This document shows positions 1 to 8,391 of a DNA stretch of 11,965 nt, piece by piece. Origin of the DNA: a virus (lineage: Duplodnaviria > Heunggongvirae > Uroviricota > Caudoviricetes); the IMG/VR virus record IMGVR_UViG_3300011338_000526; one strand, written 5' to 3'. Position 1 is the stretch's first letter. Every line of letters starts with the position of its first letter. The translations under genes were made by a program, and so were the position numbers. Below the pieces are notes generated by a model that did not search any database, was not told the DNA's origin, and saw only the letters and a list, made by a program, of their open reading frames with translations.

Positions 1-57
1 AGAGGATTCTCATATCTAAACTATGCTGTTTCTGACGCAAATCTACGACTGATTTAA
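1..57 (+). CDS. Probable 3' end of the upstream gene (partial; by synteny possibly a gp7-like baseplate wedge gene)
   Basis: Frame 1 is open from base 1 to TAA at 55-57 (RGFSYLNYAVSDANLRLI*) and is followed by an AT-rich spacer holding a late promoter core. The other two frames stop earlier. Identity is inferred only from T4-like gene order. Confidence 0.35.
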   Translation, partial: RGFSYLNYAVSDANLRLI

Positions 58-75
58 TTTTCGTTCTTACAAAGT

Positions 76-83
76 CATAAATA
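76..83 (+). promoter_or_regulatory. T4-like (gp55-dependent) late promoter core CATAAATA
   Basis: Matches NATAAATA (T4 consensus TATAAATA), intergenic, 25 nt before the ATG at 109. Confidence 0.75.
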
Positions 84-108
84 ACCAAAAGGTAGCTCGG
101 GCGAAATA

Positions 109-3100
109 ATGGCAACTCTCACGATCAATCACTACATCAATCAGTCGAACAGCTTCATCACTGATATTCGTAATAACAGAAATGCGTATTACATGATCGC
201 ATCAAGATCGCAACCATGGGCTAACAGCTCAGGCGGCAACGATGATGCTGCTGTATTGGCTTCGAACAACTCGGTTTCTCAGGTCGAGCAAACTGTGTAT
301 AACGACGTCTTGTTTGGCAAATTGTTGAAGGACGCGGATGTTATTAACGTTGTACCGAGATACAACTGGTCAAGCGGTGCAGTTTACGCTGCGTACGATC
401 AAAATGACGCGAACTTGTATGACAAACAGTTCTACGTTGTAACAGACGAGTATGAAGTATACAAGTGCATCGACAACAACAACGGTGCTGCATCGACCGT
501 CAAGCCTTCGCTCACTTCAGTTTCGGGCACGTTTAAGACTGGCGACGGCTACGTTTGGAAGTATATGTACTCAATTAGTTCTTCCTCAAACACGAAGTTC
601 GCGACTACCGAATACATTCCGGTCGATGAAAATTTGACCGTAAGAGACAACGCCACGCCAGGTTCAATTGATCTTATTAAGGTGACGGACGGCGGTAATG
701 GTTACTCGGTTTTCGAAACAGGTTACATAACCGGAGTCGACGAACGAGGCTCGCGAATTCAGCTGCCGGCAACGTCGTCTAGCGTTGACAATTATTACGC
801 GAATTCTTCTATCTACCTCAAGTCAGGTTTTGGTGCAGGTCAGATTCGCGAAATCGCAACGTACGACGGAGCGTCAAAACAAATTGTCGTTGCCGGTAAT
901 TCGCTTGATCTTTTCACAAGACTAGATCTTGCCAACGCCGAAGGAACTATCGCAACGGGATACTACGCCCAACAACGTTACGATGACGTGAGATATCTTT
1001 ACTCTAAGGGATATTTCAACGTTGATTCGAATGTCGCTCAGTCAGACACCGGAGTGACGGGTAGAGTTATTGCATCGAATTCTAGCGTTATTCAAGTCAT
1101 AAAGACTAATCAAGACTCGTTGTTTCAAGCTACGCTTCCGATTGTAGACGTAAGTCAAGCCGGAACGCAGAAGACAGGAACTGCAAACGTAGGAAACGTC
1201 GGATCTTGTAGTGTAGCGTTCGTTGTGACTCCTGGTAGCGGATACTCCGCCAATGCCGTTGTTACAATAACGCCCAGCGGGACAACTGGATCCGGCGGAG
1301 TCGCGAACGCTCAGGTCAACTCATCAGGAAGAGTTTCGGCTGTGTTGATATCGACTGCCGGCAGCGGATACTTTACGGCTCCTACCCTTACAATTGCAGC
1401 GCCTACGCCGCAACCCGTGATCGCCAATACATCTGGCGTTAACAACGCGTCTGATGTGTTACTTCTGGCATCAGCCAACTCTCGTTTCCTAGTTGGCGAT
1501 AGACTCTACTACGGCGTTCCAACTGGTAACACGGCAATCCCGCCCCTCACCGGCAACTCGTTTTACTTTGTAACATTTTCTAATACAACTGCGCTAGCTC
1601 TCTCCGCCACCAGCGGAGGCGCCAACATTAATATCAACACCGCAGTCGTCTCCAACCCAGGGGAATCGCACAGTCTCACAGGAAGTACCGCAACAGCTGT
1701 TATGTTTTGCGACAACCAAGTCGTTCGTGGAAACTCAGCGAATCTGAATTCGCTGAGTAACGGTTACAGTAATGGCGATTATATCAGAGTCGGCGCAAAT
1801 ACGACGAGCAACATAAGAAGAGTTGCCAACGCAGTCAACACGTCTGTATTGATCGTAACGGCTCCTTTCGGCAACACTTTCACTGCTACAACTAACAATC
1901 ATTTTAAAATGGTTACGGTGGCTGAAGTTGAAACTGCGCCTCTCATTCGCGAAGCAAATGGTTTTATTCTAGACACAAATTTGACATCGGTGCAATTAGC
2001 TATTTCAAATTCTGTTCTGCCAGGCGTAAACTTCATAGTCGGCGAAAATGTTAAAATGACGAATTTAGCTCGCGACTACCAAGGCGCAAATGCAACTATC
2101 GCGTTTGCTAATTCGTCTACCGTAATTCTTTCTAATGTGTCGGGTACATGGCTTGTTAATAGCGGCGGAACTCAGTTATACGTAAGCGGGGATTCTTCGC
2201 TTCAGTTGTCGCGAATTAACGATGTAGTAAGCAACCCGAACATCACGATAGAACAGCAACGAGGCGTGTTTAAGCTCGGATATCAGATATTCTTTAAAGC
2301 TAATGCGGAAAGCGTTTTTTACAGCGGGAATGCCTCGCTCATCTCTCAGTTCTCTCTGCCCAACGATCTTACGGAATATCAGATCGGTCCTACGGTTAAA
2401 ATCACCGGCGATGGAGCCAACGCTCTTGGGATCGCGATAGTGAATACAGCAGTCAATTCGATTTACAACGTTGTTGGAATTGATATGATTGACGCGGGAA
2501 TTGGATACACTCAGGCTAACGTCGAGATTTACGCCAACACGAGCCACGGATCTGGCGCAAAAGCAAGAGCAATTATCTCGCCATTGAATGGTCACGGTTA
2601 TGATCCTGTTACTGAACTGGGCGGGAGATACGTCGGCGTATCATCGAAGTTTGACTCAGTTGTCAACGAAAGTTACGAATTCCCGGGATATGGATCTTTC
2701 AGACAAGTTGGGATTCTAGAGAATCCACAGTTCAAAGACATAAGAGTTACATTGACCGACTTTGATCGCGTTAATATGTCTTTGGCCAGCGCTGTTTTTC
2801 CGGGAATAAATTGGAACCCCGGAGAAGTTGTAGTTCAATCAACAACCAACGCGGCTGGCGTAGTCGTCTATGGCAATTCTACTTTCCTACAGCTGAAAAG
2901 CGTTAAGGGAACGTTCAACACAGGAAACACGGTAAACGGCTACTATTCTACTGCCTCAGCCAACGTAGCCACGGCTGATGTTATCAGATTCCCCGTAGGC
3001 AACTCGGCTTCTTTCGTAACTCAATCGAATTCGGGATCGACCGGCATAATCACGGAGGTCATCAGTAACACTGTATACTCTATGAGCAACGTCGTCGGAC

Positions 3101-3762
3101 AATTTGCTGACGGAGACATTATGTATGACAACTTCGCCAACGCATACGCAACAGTTGAGTCGATCTCTACCGCCAATGGGACGAAAGATGTGTCTTCTAG
3201 TTTCGGCTTAAGATTCAACCAGACTGCGAGAATCACACTCACTTCAAGAACCGGTCAGTTCGCGAATAACGAATTCGTCCAACAGGATGTTTCTTTGGCT
3301 AGAGGCAGAGTTGTTTCGGCAACGGACGAAGTTGATCTAGTGATTTCTTCTCCTACTGGTTCGTTCTTTGTCGGTCAGACAATAACCGATACAACGACGA
3401 ACGCCAACGGCATCTGCATCTTCGCGAACAGTTCTTACCTTAAGCTGTCAGCGATCAGTCAGGGTCTTTCGTTCGTCGTCGGTGACACTATAAATAATGG
3501 ATTGGGATCGAACGCTACTATTTCTACGATCAATCCAGTTTTAGTTCTCAATGACGTATCGGACGTTACAAACTTCCAGGCTGGTTCGAACACTATCGTA
3601 GGTTTAACATCTGGCGCGAGAGCGACTTGTAACAACCAACTATTGATCAGACTACCAGACTTGGTAAGAGATTCCGGGAAATTGATTTACTCAGAGAGTT
3701 TCACACCTGTAACGCGAGCTCCGACTTCAAAAGAAGAAGTTAAACTTGTTATCAAATTTTAG
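109..3762 (+). CDS. gp8: Baseplate wedge subunit, gp8-like, enlarged by inserted beta-rich modules (1217 aa)
   Basis: Motifs recognised from cyanophage-type gp8: VVPRYNWSSG..Y..YD, FYVVTDEYEVYKCIDNNNG..STVKP, TGDGYVWKYMY, AIISPLNGHGYDPVTELG, FRQVGILENP, and the C-terminal PDL..SG..IY....PV.R....KEEVKLVIKF. It has a late promoter upstream and lies directly before a VrlC-like gene. Confidence 0.85.
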   Translation: MATLTINHYINQSNSFITDIRNNRNAYYMIASRSQPWANSSGGNDDAAVLASNNSVSQVEQTVYNDVLFGKLLKDADVINVVPRYNWSSGAVYAAYDQNDANLYDKQFYVVTDEYEVYKCIDNNNGAASTVKPSLTSVSGTFKTGDGYVWKYMYSISSSSNTKFATTEYIPVDENLTVRDNATPGSIDLIKVTDGGNGYSVFETGYITGVDERGSRIQLPATSSSVDNYYANSSIYLKSGFGAGQIREIATYDGASKQIVVAGNSLDLFTRLDLANAEGTIATGYYAQQRYDDVRYLYSKGYFNVDSNVAQSDTGVTGRVIASNSSVIQVIKTNQDSLFQATLPIVDVSQAGTQKTGTANVGNVGSCSVAFVVTPGSGYSANAVVTITPSGTTGSGGVANAQVNSSGRVSAVLISTAGSGYFTAPTLTIAAPTPQPVIANTSGVNNASDVLLLASANSRFLVGDRLYYGVPTGNTAIPPLTGNSFYFVTFSNTTALALSATSGGANININTAVVSNPGESHSLTGSTATAVMFCDNQVVRGNSANLNSLSNGYSNGDYIRVGANTTSNIRRVANAVNTSVLIVTAPFGNTFTATTNNHFKMVTVAEVETAPLIREANGFILDTNLTSVQLAISNSVLPGVNFIVGENVKMTNLARDYQGANATIAFANSSTVILSNVSGTWLVNSGGTQLYVSGDSSLQLSRINDVVSNPNITIEQQRGVFKLGYQIFFKANAESVFYSGNASLISQFSLPNDLTEYQIGPTVKITGDGANALGIAIVNTAVNSIYNVVGIDMIDAGIGYTQANVEIYANTSHGSGAKARAIISPLNGHGYDPVTELGGRYVGVSSKFDSVVNESYEFPGYGSFRQVGILENPQFKDIRVTLTDFDRVNMSLASAVFPGINWNPGEVVVQSTTNAAGVVVYGNSTFLQLKSVKGTFNTGNTVNGYYSTASANVATADVIRFPVGNSASFVTQSNSGSTGIITEVISNTVYSMSNVVGQFADGDIMYDNFANAYATVESISTANGTKDVSSSFGLRFNQTARITLTSRTGQFANNEFVQQDVSLARGRVVSATDEVDLVISSPTGSFFVGQTITDTTTNANGICIFANSSYLKLSAISQGLSFVVGDTINNGLGSNATISTINPVLVLNDVSDVTNFQAGSNTIVGLTSGARATCNNQLLIRLPDLVRDSGKLIYSESFTPVTRAPTSKEEVKLVIKF
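3489..3496 (+). promoter_or_regulatory. Possible intragenic late promoter TATAAATA (inside the gp8-like gene)
   Basis: Perfect T4 late consensus about 300 nt upstream of the ATG at 3790; could be a coding coincidence (ACT ATA AAT A). Confidence 0.35.
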
Positions 3763-3770
3763 AATAAATA
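3763..3770 (+). promoter_or_regulatory. T4-like late promoter core AATAAATA
   Basis: Intergenic NATAAATA directly after the TAG at 3760-3762 and 19 nt before the ATG at 3790. Confidence 0.75.
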
Positions 3771-3779
3771 ATAATTAAA

Positions 3780-3785
3780 AGAGGA
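3780..3785 (+). promoter_or_regulatory. Shine-Dalgarno site AGAGGA
   Basis: Purine-rich GAGG core ending a few nt upstream of the ATG at 3790. Confidence 0.7.
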
Positions 3786-3789
3786 TAGA

Positions 3790-6700
3790 ATGGCGCTAGA
3801 TACAGACCTTTCGCGTAAGCCATACTTCGATGACTACGAAGTATCTAAGAACTTTTACAGAGTCCTCTACAGACCAGCTGTTGCTGTTCAGGCGCGCGAA
3901 CTCAATCAGATGCAGACGATCCTTCAGGATCAGATCGATAAGTTTGGTCGTCACATCTTTAAGGAAGGTTCTGTTGTCGAAGGTTGCGCCTTCACGTTCG
4001 ACAATTCATACAACTACGTAAAGATCAAAGACAACTTCGCGAACAACTCGGCTATCTCGAACATCAACGAATTCGTTGGAAGAATTGCTGTAAACTCTAA
4101 CGGTCTTCGCGCGCGAGTGATTAATGCCATCAATGGTTATGAAGCGGAAGATCCGGATCTCAACACGCTGTATATCAAGTACCTGAATTCAAGCACATTC
4201 GCTAATGGCGTTCAACAATCGAATTTCTCTAACAACGAAACGATTCAGATTCAATCTGACGCAGCCGTCAATATCAGCAACGTAGTCGTAGCATCTGTAT
4301 CAAATTCAACTGGTAAAGGTTATGCGTTCTCGACTACGGAGGGCGTGATCTTCAAGAAAGGTTTCTTCGTCCGTGTTGAACCTCAGACGCTGGTAGTTTC
4401 GAAGTACAATAACATCCCAGACCAAGTATCCGTCGGTTTTGAAGCACTTGAAGAGATTGTAACTCCGGAAATTGATACATCTCTGCTGGATAATGCCGCA
4501 GGTTCTCCAAACCAAAATGCTCCTGGTGCACACAGACTTAAGCTTGTTCCAACTCTAGTGGTCAGGAACGCCAGCGATATCGCGAACACCACAACATTCT
4601 TTTCTCTTTGCGACTTCAAAAATGGTCTTCCCGTTTCAATCAAGAACGATCCGCAGTATGCTGCTCTTGCAAAGGACACGGCTCGTCGCACATTTGAAAC
4701 CAACGGCGATTACATCGTCAATCCGTTCCTACTGAGCACCGAAAAGAAGTACACGTATCAATCGAACACTGCAAACTCGGATTACCTGAGTATCGTATCA
4801 ACACCAGGCATCGGATACGTTAAGGGATATAGAGTAGAGTTTATCAATAACAACACCGCTGATCTTCGTAAAGGTACAGATTTCGCTGCAGTATCCAACC
4901 AATTAGTTACGGCTAACTTTGGCTACTACTTCAACGTGAACGAGTTTGCCGGCGATTTCAATAGCGACGGGTTGGCTCAAATTCAGTTGCACAGCACGGC
5001 TAAGACTGCTATAACCAACAATCTATTCTTAGGGACTTCGTACACCGATACCACTATAATCGGAACTGCATACGTTAGAGGCGTAGTTTATGATTCTGCG
5101 CCGCAAGAACCGGTAGTAGTTAATGCGACGTTCACAGGAACAATCAGCGCAACGACTCTCACCGTTTCTTCTATTTTAAGCGGCACGATTGCTATTGGAC
5201 AAGTTCTAAAAGGAACCGGCGTCACTGCTGGCACTACCATCACGGGAGGAAGCGGAAACGTTTGGACGCTGTCGGCTTCTTCGACGGTCTCGACTTCGAC
5301 GGCTATGACTACCAGCACAGCGCCCGGATTCACCTACAGACTGTATGTGTTCAACATACAAATGAACCCAGGTCGTAAGCTTTCGGACGTGAGAAGCGTA
5401 ATCTATTACACTTCATCAACCCAAAGAGCGGTCGCCGACATAGTTCTTGATAAGGACTTCACTGGAACTAATATCGCTAAGATTCAAGAATCCGCTAGCG
5501 AGACTATGATCTATCCGTTCGGACAGAAGGCGATTAAGCGAGACGGATTTAACAACACAAGTTACGTATACAGAAACAGAGTAAATTCGAATTTCGTTAG
5601 CACAACAGGATTGCTAACGCTCCCTATCGTCGACGTTGCTGGCGCTAACGAACAGTTTAATTATGGCGCAGGCATTCTTTCGCAACCTTCCGAGACTACG
5701 TTCGTCGTCACTCCAATAGCTTCCGGATTCAGTAATTTTAAGACCGGTAACGTTACGGTGACGGGAACTACTGTAGCGAATGCTGGCGCTACATCAACTC
5801 TATTCCAGACTGAGTACGCCGTAGGAGATTACATCTACGTCAATTCGCAGGCTAGAAAAATCGTTTCCATCGCTAACAATACGTCGATGACGATCGACGC
5901 TACAGTGAGCGCGACAAATCTCCAGCATCAGAAGACTTGGCAGGCTGGAGTGCCTATCAACTTCTTCTCTTCTTCGAGAACAATTACCATCGATGACGCG
6001 AATACAGCCACTGTTTCGCTCGGCGAAACTAGCAACGCGAATTTCGCGGCATCAATTTACTTCGACGTTCTTCGTTCTGAGACTCTACCCCTTCGCAAAA
6101 TTATTAACAGATCGACATACATTAGAATTCAAGCAAACAATAATTCGGGCGGAACAACTGGACCGTGGAGCCTTGGCATCCCTGATGCATTCAGACTGAA
6201 TGCCGTGTATGTTGACCAGGCTGGCGGCAATACTTACTTAACGACTAATCCGAATTTGTTGACCTCGTTCCGTCTTGACAACGGTCAAAGAGACAGTTAC
6301 TACGGTTTAGCTCAATTGTTATCTACAACGCCAGTTGCGCCCAATGCAACCTTACTTGTTTCTGTAGACAACTTCACCTACGATACATCGTCGCGTGCCG
6401 GATTCTTCACAGCAGCATCATATCCTATCGACGACGCTAATACAGCAAACGTCGCGGCGATTCAAACGTATCAAATCCCTCAATACACGTCAACTATCGG
6501 CGCGTTGTATGATCTTAGAGACAGCGTAGACTTTAGACCGTTCGCTGCTAATACGGCAAATGCAATCGCTAGCACTATCGCTACAGCTACCATCAATCCT
6601 TCGGGCGCGTTGACTATGTTTGCTTACGCGGATGGCTCGTATGTGCCTTCGCCAGGAACAAATTACAAATCGTCGATTCAATACTATCTACCAAGAAAAG

Positions 6701-8349
6701 ATAGAATCTCACTGACGACTGGCGGCGAGATCTTAATCACGGAGGGAACTGCTGAGCTAGACCCAGCACCGCCGCCAGAAGTGCCGGGGACTATGACTAT
6801 CGGTATCGCTACAGTGCCTCCATATCCTTCCTTGACGCCGACAGAAGCGAGAGCTTTCAACCGCTACGACTATGCGGTGCAGACATCAATTCTTCAGACC
6901 AAACGCTTTACGATGGCGGACATTGGCAAGATCAATAGAAGAATTGACAGACTTGAATACTACACGTCCCTATCTCTCCTAGAACAAGCTACAACCTCGT
7001 TGTTGGTTCGAAGCGGAGAAACCGGACAAAATAGATTCAAGAACGGGATCCTAGTTGACCCATTCAAGAACCACACGATCGGCAACACAAACGATCCAGC
7101 GTACAGAATCTCTATCGACGAAGTGAGGACTGAAGCTAGACCGTTCTTCCGCCAACAAACTATTGGTATGAGATTCGACCCTGTTGCTTCGGCTGAAATC
7201 ATCGGAGTTGCAGCTGCAGTTGATAAGAACGGAATCATCATGCTTCCGCATACGTCGAACAACGTCAATCAGCAGCAGCCTTTCGCTTCTAAGTACAGGA
7301 ACTGCATTGAGGGAAATATATTCAGCTATCGCGGTACAGTTGTTCTCGACCCTCCCGGAATTCTCGATTCCGACATCACACAGGGTCCGGTGATCAATAG
7401 CAGCCTAGACTTATCGTCAAACTTCGTCAATATCTCTAACAGTCTGAAGTCCGTGTTCGGAACTCAGTACGGCAATTGGTCCGATTACGGAACGTCGCAG
7501 CTCGTAGGACAACAATCAAGCGATAATATTACCGGCACCGGCTATGTTCAAAATCAACACGGTCAGGTTCAAGATTGGCAGAGAACTACAACAACCACTC
7601 TCGCGCAACAACAGCAACAGATCAGTAAGTCGTTCGCGTTTCAGCCGTCGGAAACCAGCGTTGAACTTGGTAACTACGTTTCGAACGTGTCTATACAGCC
7701 TTTTGTTCCCGCTAGACAAATCTTCTTCTACGCTAGAGGTATGAAGCCTAACACGGTGTTGAGAGTGTATTTGGACGGTATCGCTATGAATCAGGACTGC
7801 TTGCCGCTGATTCCGTACATAGGAACGTTGACGCAATCCGGCGGAAATAACTTCACGGACACTGGCAAGTTGGTGTATATCTCTCGAAACAACGGTAACT
7901 TCCAGTTCAACTCAATCGCCGATTGGGGAACCGCGCTGAGTAGCGACGCTTCCGGTAATGTGTACGGTATCCTCGCGATCCCAGCCAATCTATTCAAATC
8001 TGGGGAACTAGAATTTAGAATCACGGACATAACGGATCTTGCCATCGGCGAAAGCGCTGTAACCACACAGGCTTCAACGACTCTGTTTTGCTCCGCTCTA
8101 TCCGTTCAAAAGAACAAGTCTAATCTGCAGATCAGATCAGGCACTATAAATATCGAAGAACAAAAGCTCAATCAGACGGTGTATCGTGATGTCGTCACAA
8201 CTAATACTTGGCAATACTTCGATCCCAATATCCCGAACCCTCACTGCCCCCCTGAAAACTTTGCGCCGCCTATTACGCAGATCAGCGAGTCTTTCGACCC
8301 TGGCATACCTTTTAACGATTTTGTTGATGCTGGATCGCAGGGCAATTAA
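3790..8349 (+). CDS. VrlC-like / DUF4815 large virion structural protein, N-terminal part (1519 aa)
   Basis: The N-terminus PYFDDY...FYRVLYRP..AVQARELNQMQTILQDQI.KFG.HIFKEGS.V.G and internal motifs APGAHRLK, RTFETNGDYIV.PF, YVKGYRVE, RD.VDFRP, YYLPRKDRI, KRFTM.DIG.I..RI.RLEYYTSLSLLE and RFKNGILVDPF are ones I recognise from this T4-like family. It has its own late promoter and RBS. Confidence 0.85.
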   Translation: MALDTDLSRKPYFDDYEVSKNFYRVLYRPAVAVQARELNQMQTILQDQIDKFGRHIFKEGSVVEGCAFTFDNSYNYVKIKDNFANNSAISNINEFVGRIAVNSNGLRARVINAINGYEAEDPDLNTLYIKYLNSSTFANGVQQSNFSNNETIQIQSDAAVNISNVVVASVSNSTGKGYAFSTTEGVIFKKGFFVRVEPQTLVVSKYNNIPDQVSVGFEALEEIVTPEIDTSLLDNAAGSPNQNAPGAHRLKLVPTLVVRNASDIANTTTFFSLCDFKNGLPVSIKNDPQYAALAKDTARRTFETNGDYIVNPFLLSTEKKYTYQSNTANSDYLSIVSTPGIGYVKGYRVEFINNNTADLRKGTDFAAVSNQLVTANFGYYFNVNEFAGDFNSDGLAQIQLHSTAKTAITNNLFLGTSYTDTTIIGTAYVRGVVYDSAPQEPVVVNATFTGTISATTLTVSSILSGTIAIGQVLKGTGVTAGTTITGGSGNVWTLSASSTVSTSTAMTTSTAPGFTYRLYVFNIQMNPGRKLSDVRSVIYYTSSTQRAVADIVLDKDFTGTNIAKIQESASETMIYPFGQKAIKRDGFNNTSYVYRNRVNSNFVSTTGLLTLPIVDVAGANEQFNYGAGILSQPSETTFVVTPIASGFSNFKTGNVTVTGTTVANAGATSTLFQTEYAVGDYIYVNSQARKIVSIANNTSMTIDATVSATNLQHQKTWQAGVPINFFSSSRTITIDDANTATVSLGETSNANFAASIYFDVLRSETLPLRKIINRSTYIRIQANNNSGGTTGPWSLGIPDAFRLNAVYVDQAGGNTYLTTNPNLLTSFRLDNGQRDSYYGLAQLLSTTPVAPNATLLVSVDNFTYDTSSRAGFFTAASYPIDDANTANVAAIQTYQIPQYTSTIGALYDLRDSVDFRPFAANTANAIASTIATATINPSGALTMFAYADGSYVPSPGTNYKSSIQYYLPRKDRISLTTGGEILITEGTAELDPAPPPEVPGTMTIGIATVPPYPSLTPTEARAFNRYDYAVQTSILQTKRFTMADIGKINRRIDRLEYYTSLSLLEQATTSLLVRSGETGQNRFKNGILVDPFKNHTIGNTNDPAYRISIDEVRTEARPFFRQQTIGMRFDPVASAEIIGVAAAVDKNGIIMLPHTSNNVNQQQPFASKYRNCIEGNIFSYRGTVVLDPPGILDSDITQGPVINSSLDLSSNFVNISNSLKSVFGTQYGNWSDYGTSQLVGQQSSDNITGTGYVQNQHGQVQDWQRTTTTTLAQQQQQISKSFAFQPSETSVELGNYVSNVSIQPFVPARQIFFYARGMKPNTVLRVYLDGIAMNQDCLPLIPYIGTLTQSGGNNFTDTGKLVYISRNNGNFQFNSIADWGTALSSDASGNVYGILAIPANLFKSGELEFRITDITDLAIGESAVTTQASTTLFCSALSVQKNKSNLQIRSGTINIEEQKLNQTVYRDVVTTNTWQYFDPNIPNPHCPPENFAPPITQISESFDPGIPFNDFVDAGSQGN
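8145..8152 (+). promoter_or_regulatory. Possible intragenic late promoter TATAAATA upstream of the 8392 ORF
   Basis: Perfect T4 late consensus about 240 nt before the ATG at 8392; the 42-nt spacer before that gene has no NATAAATA of its own. Confidence 0.4.
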
Positions 8350-8391
8350 AATATTTTTGAAATACGATCGACAACAAAGAGTGGAATTTAG

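Noticed and set aside
7585-7620. Thr5 and Gln5 runs (TTTTTLAQQQQQ)
   Set aside because: Short low-complexity stretch with mixed codons, in a region that is Thr-rich in this family; not a DNA microsatellite switch.
8348-8357. Palindrome AAAATATTTT in the spacer between the VrlC halves
   Set aside because: An AT-only 10-mer in an AT-rich spacer, too weak for a terminator stem and likely by chance.
8347-8391. Stop-codon reassignment or readthrough fusing the two VrlC halves
   Set aside because: It would need both TAA and TAG to be read through. TAG ends the gp8-like gene at its conserved C-terminus and TAA ends other genes here, so the standard code fits.
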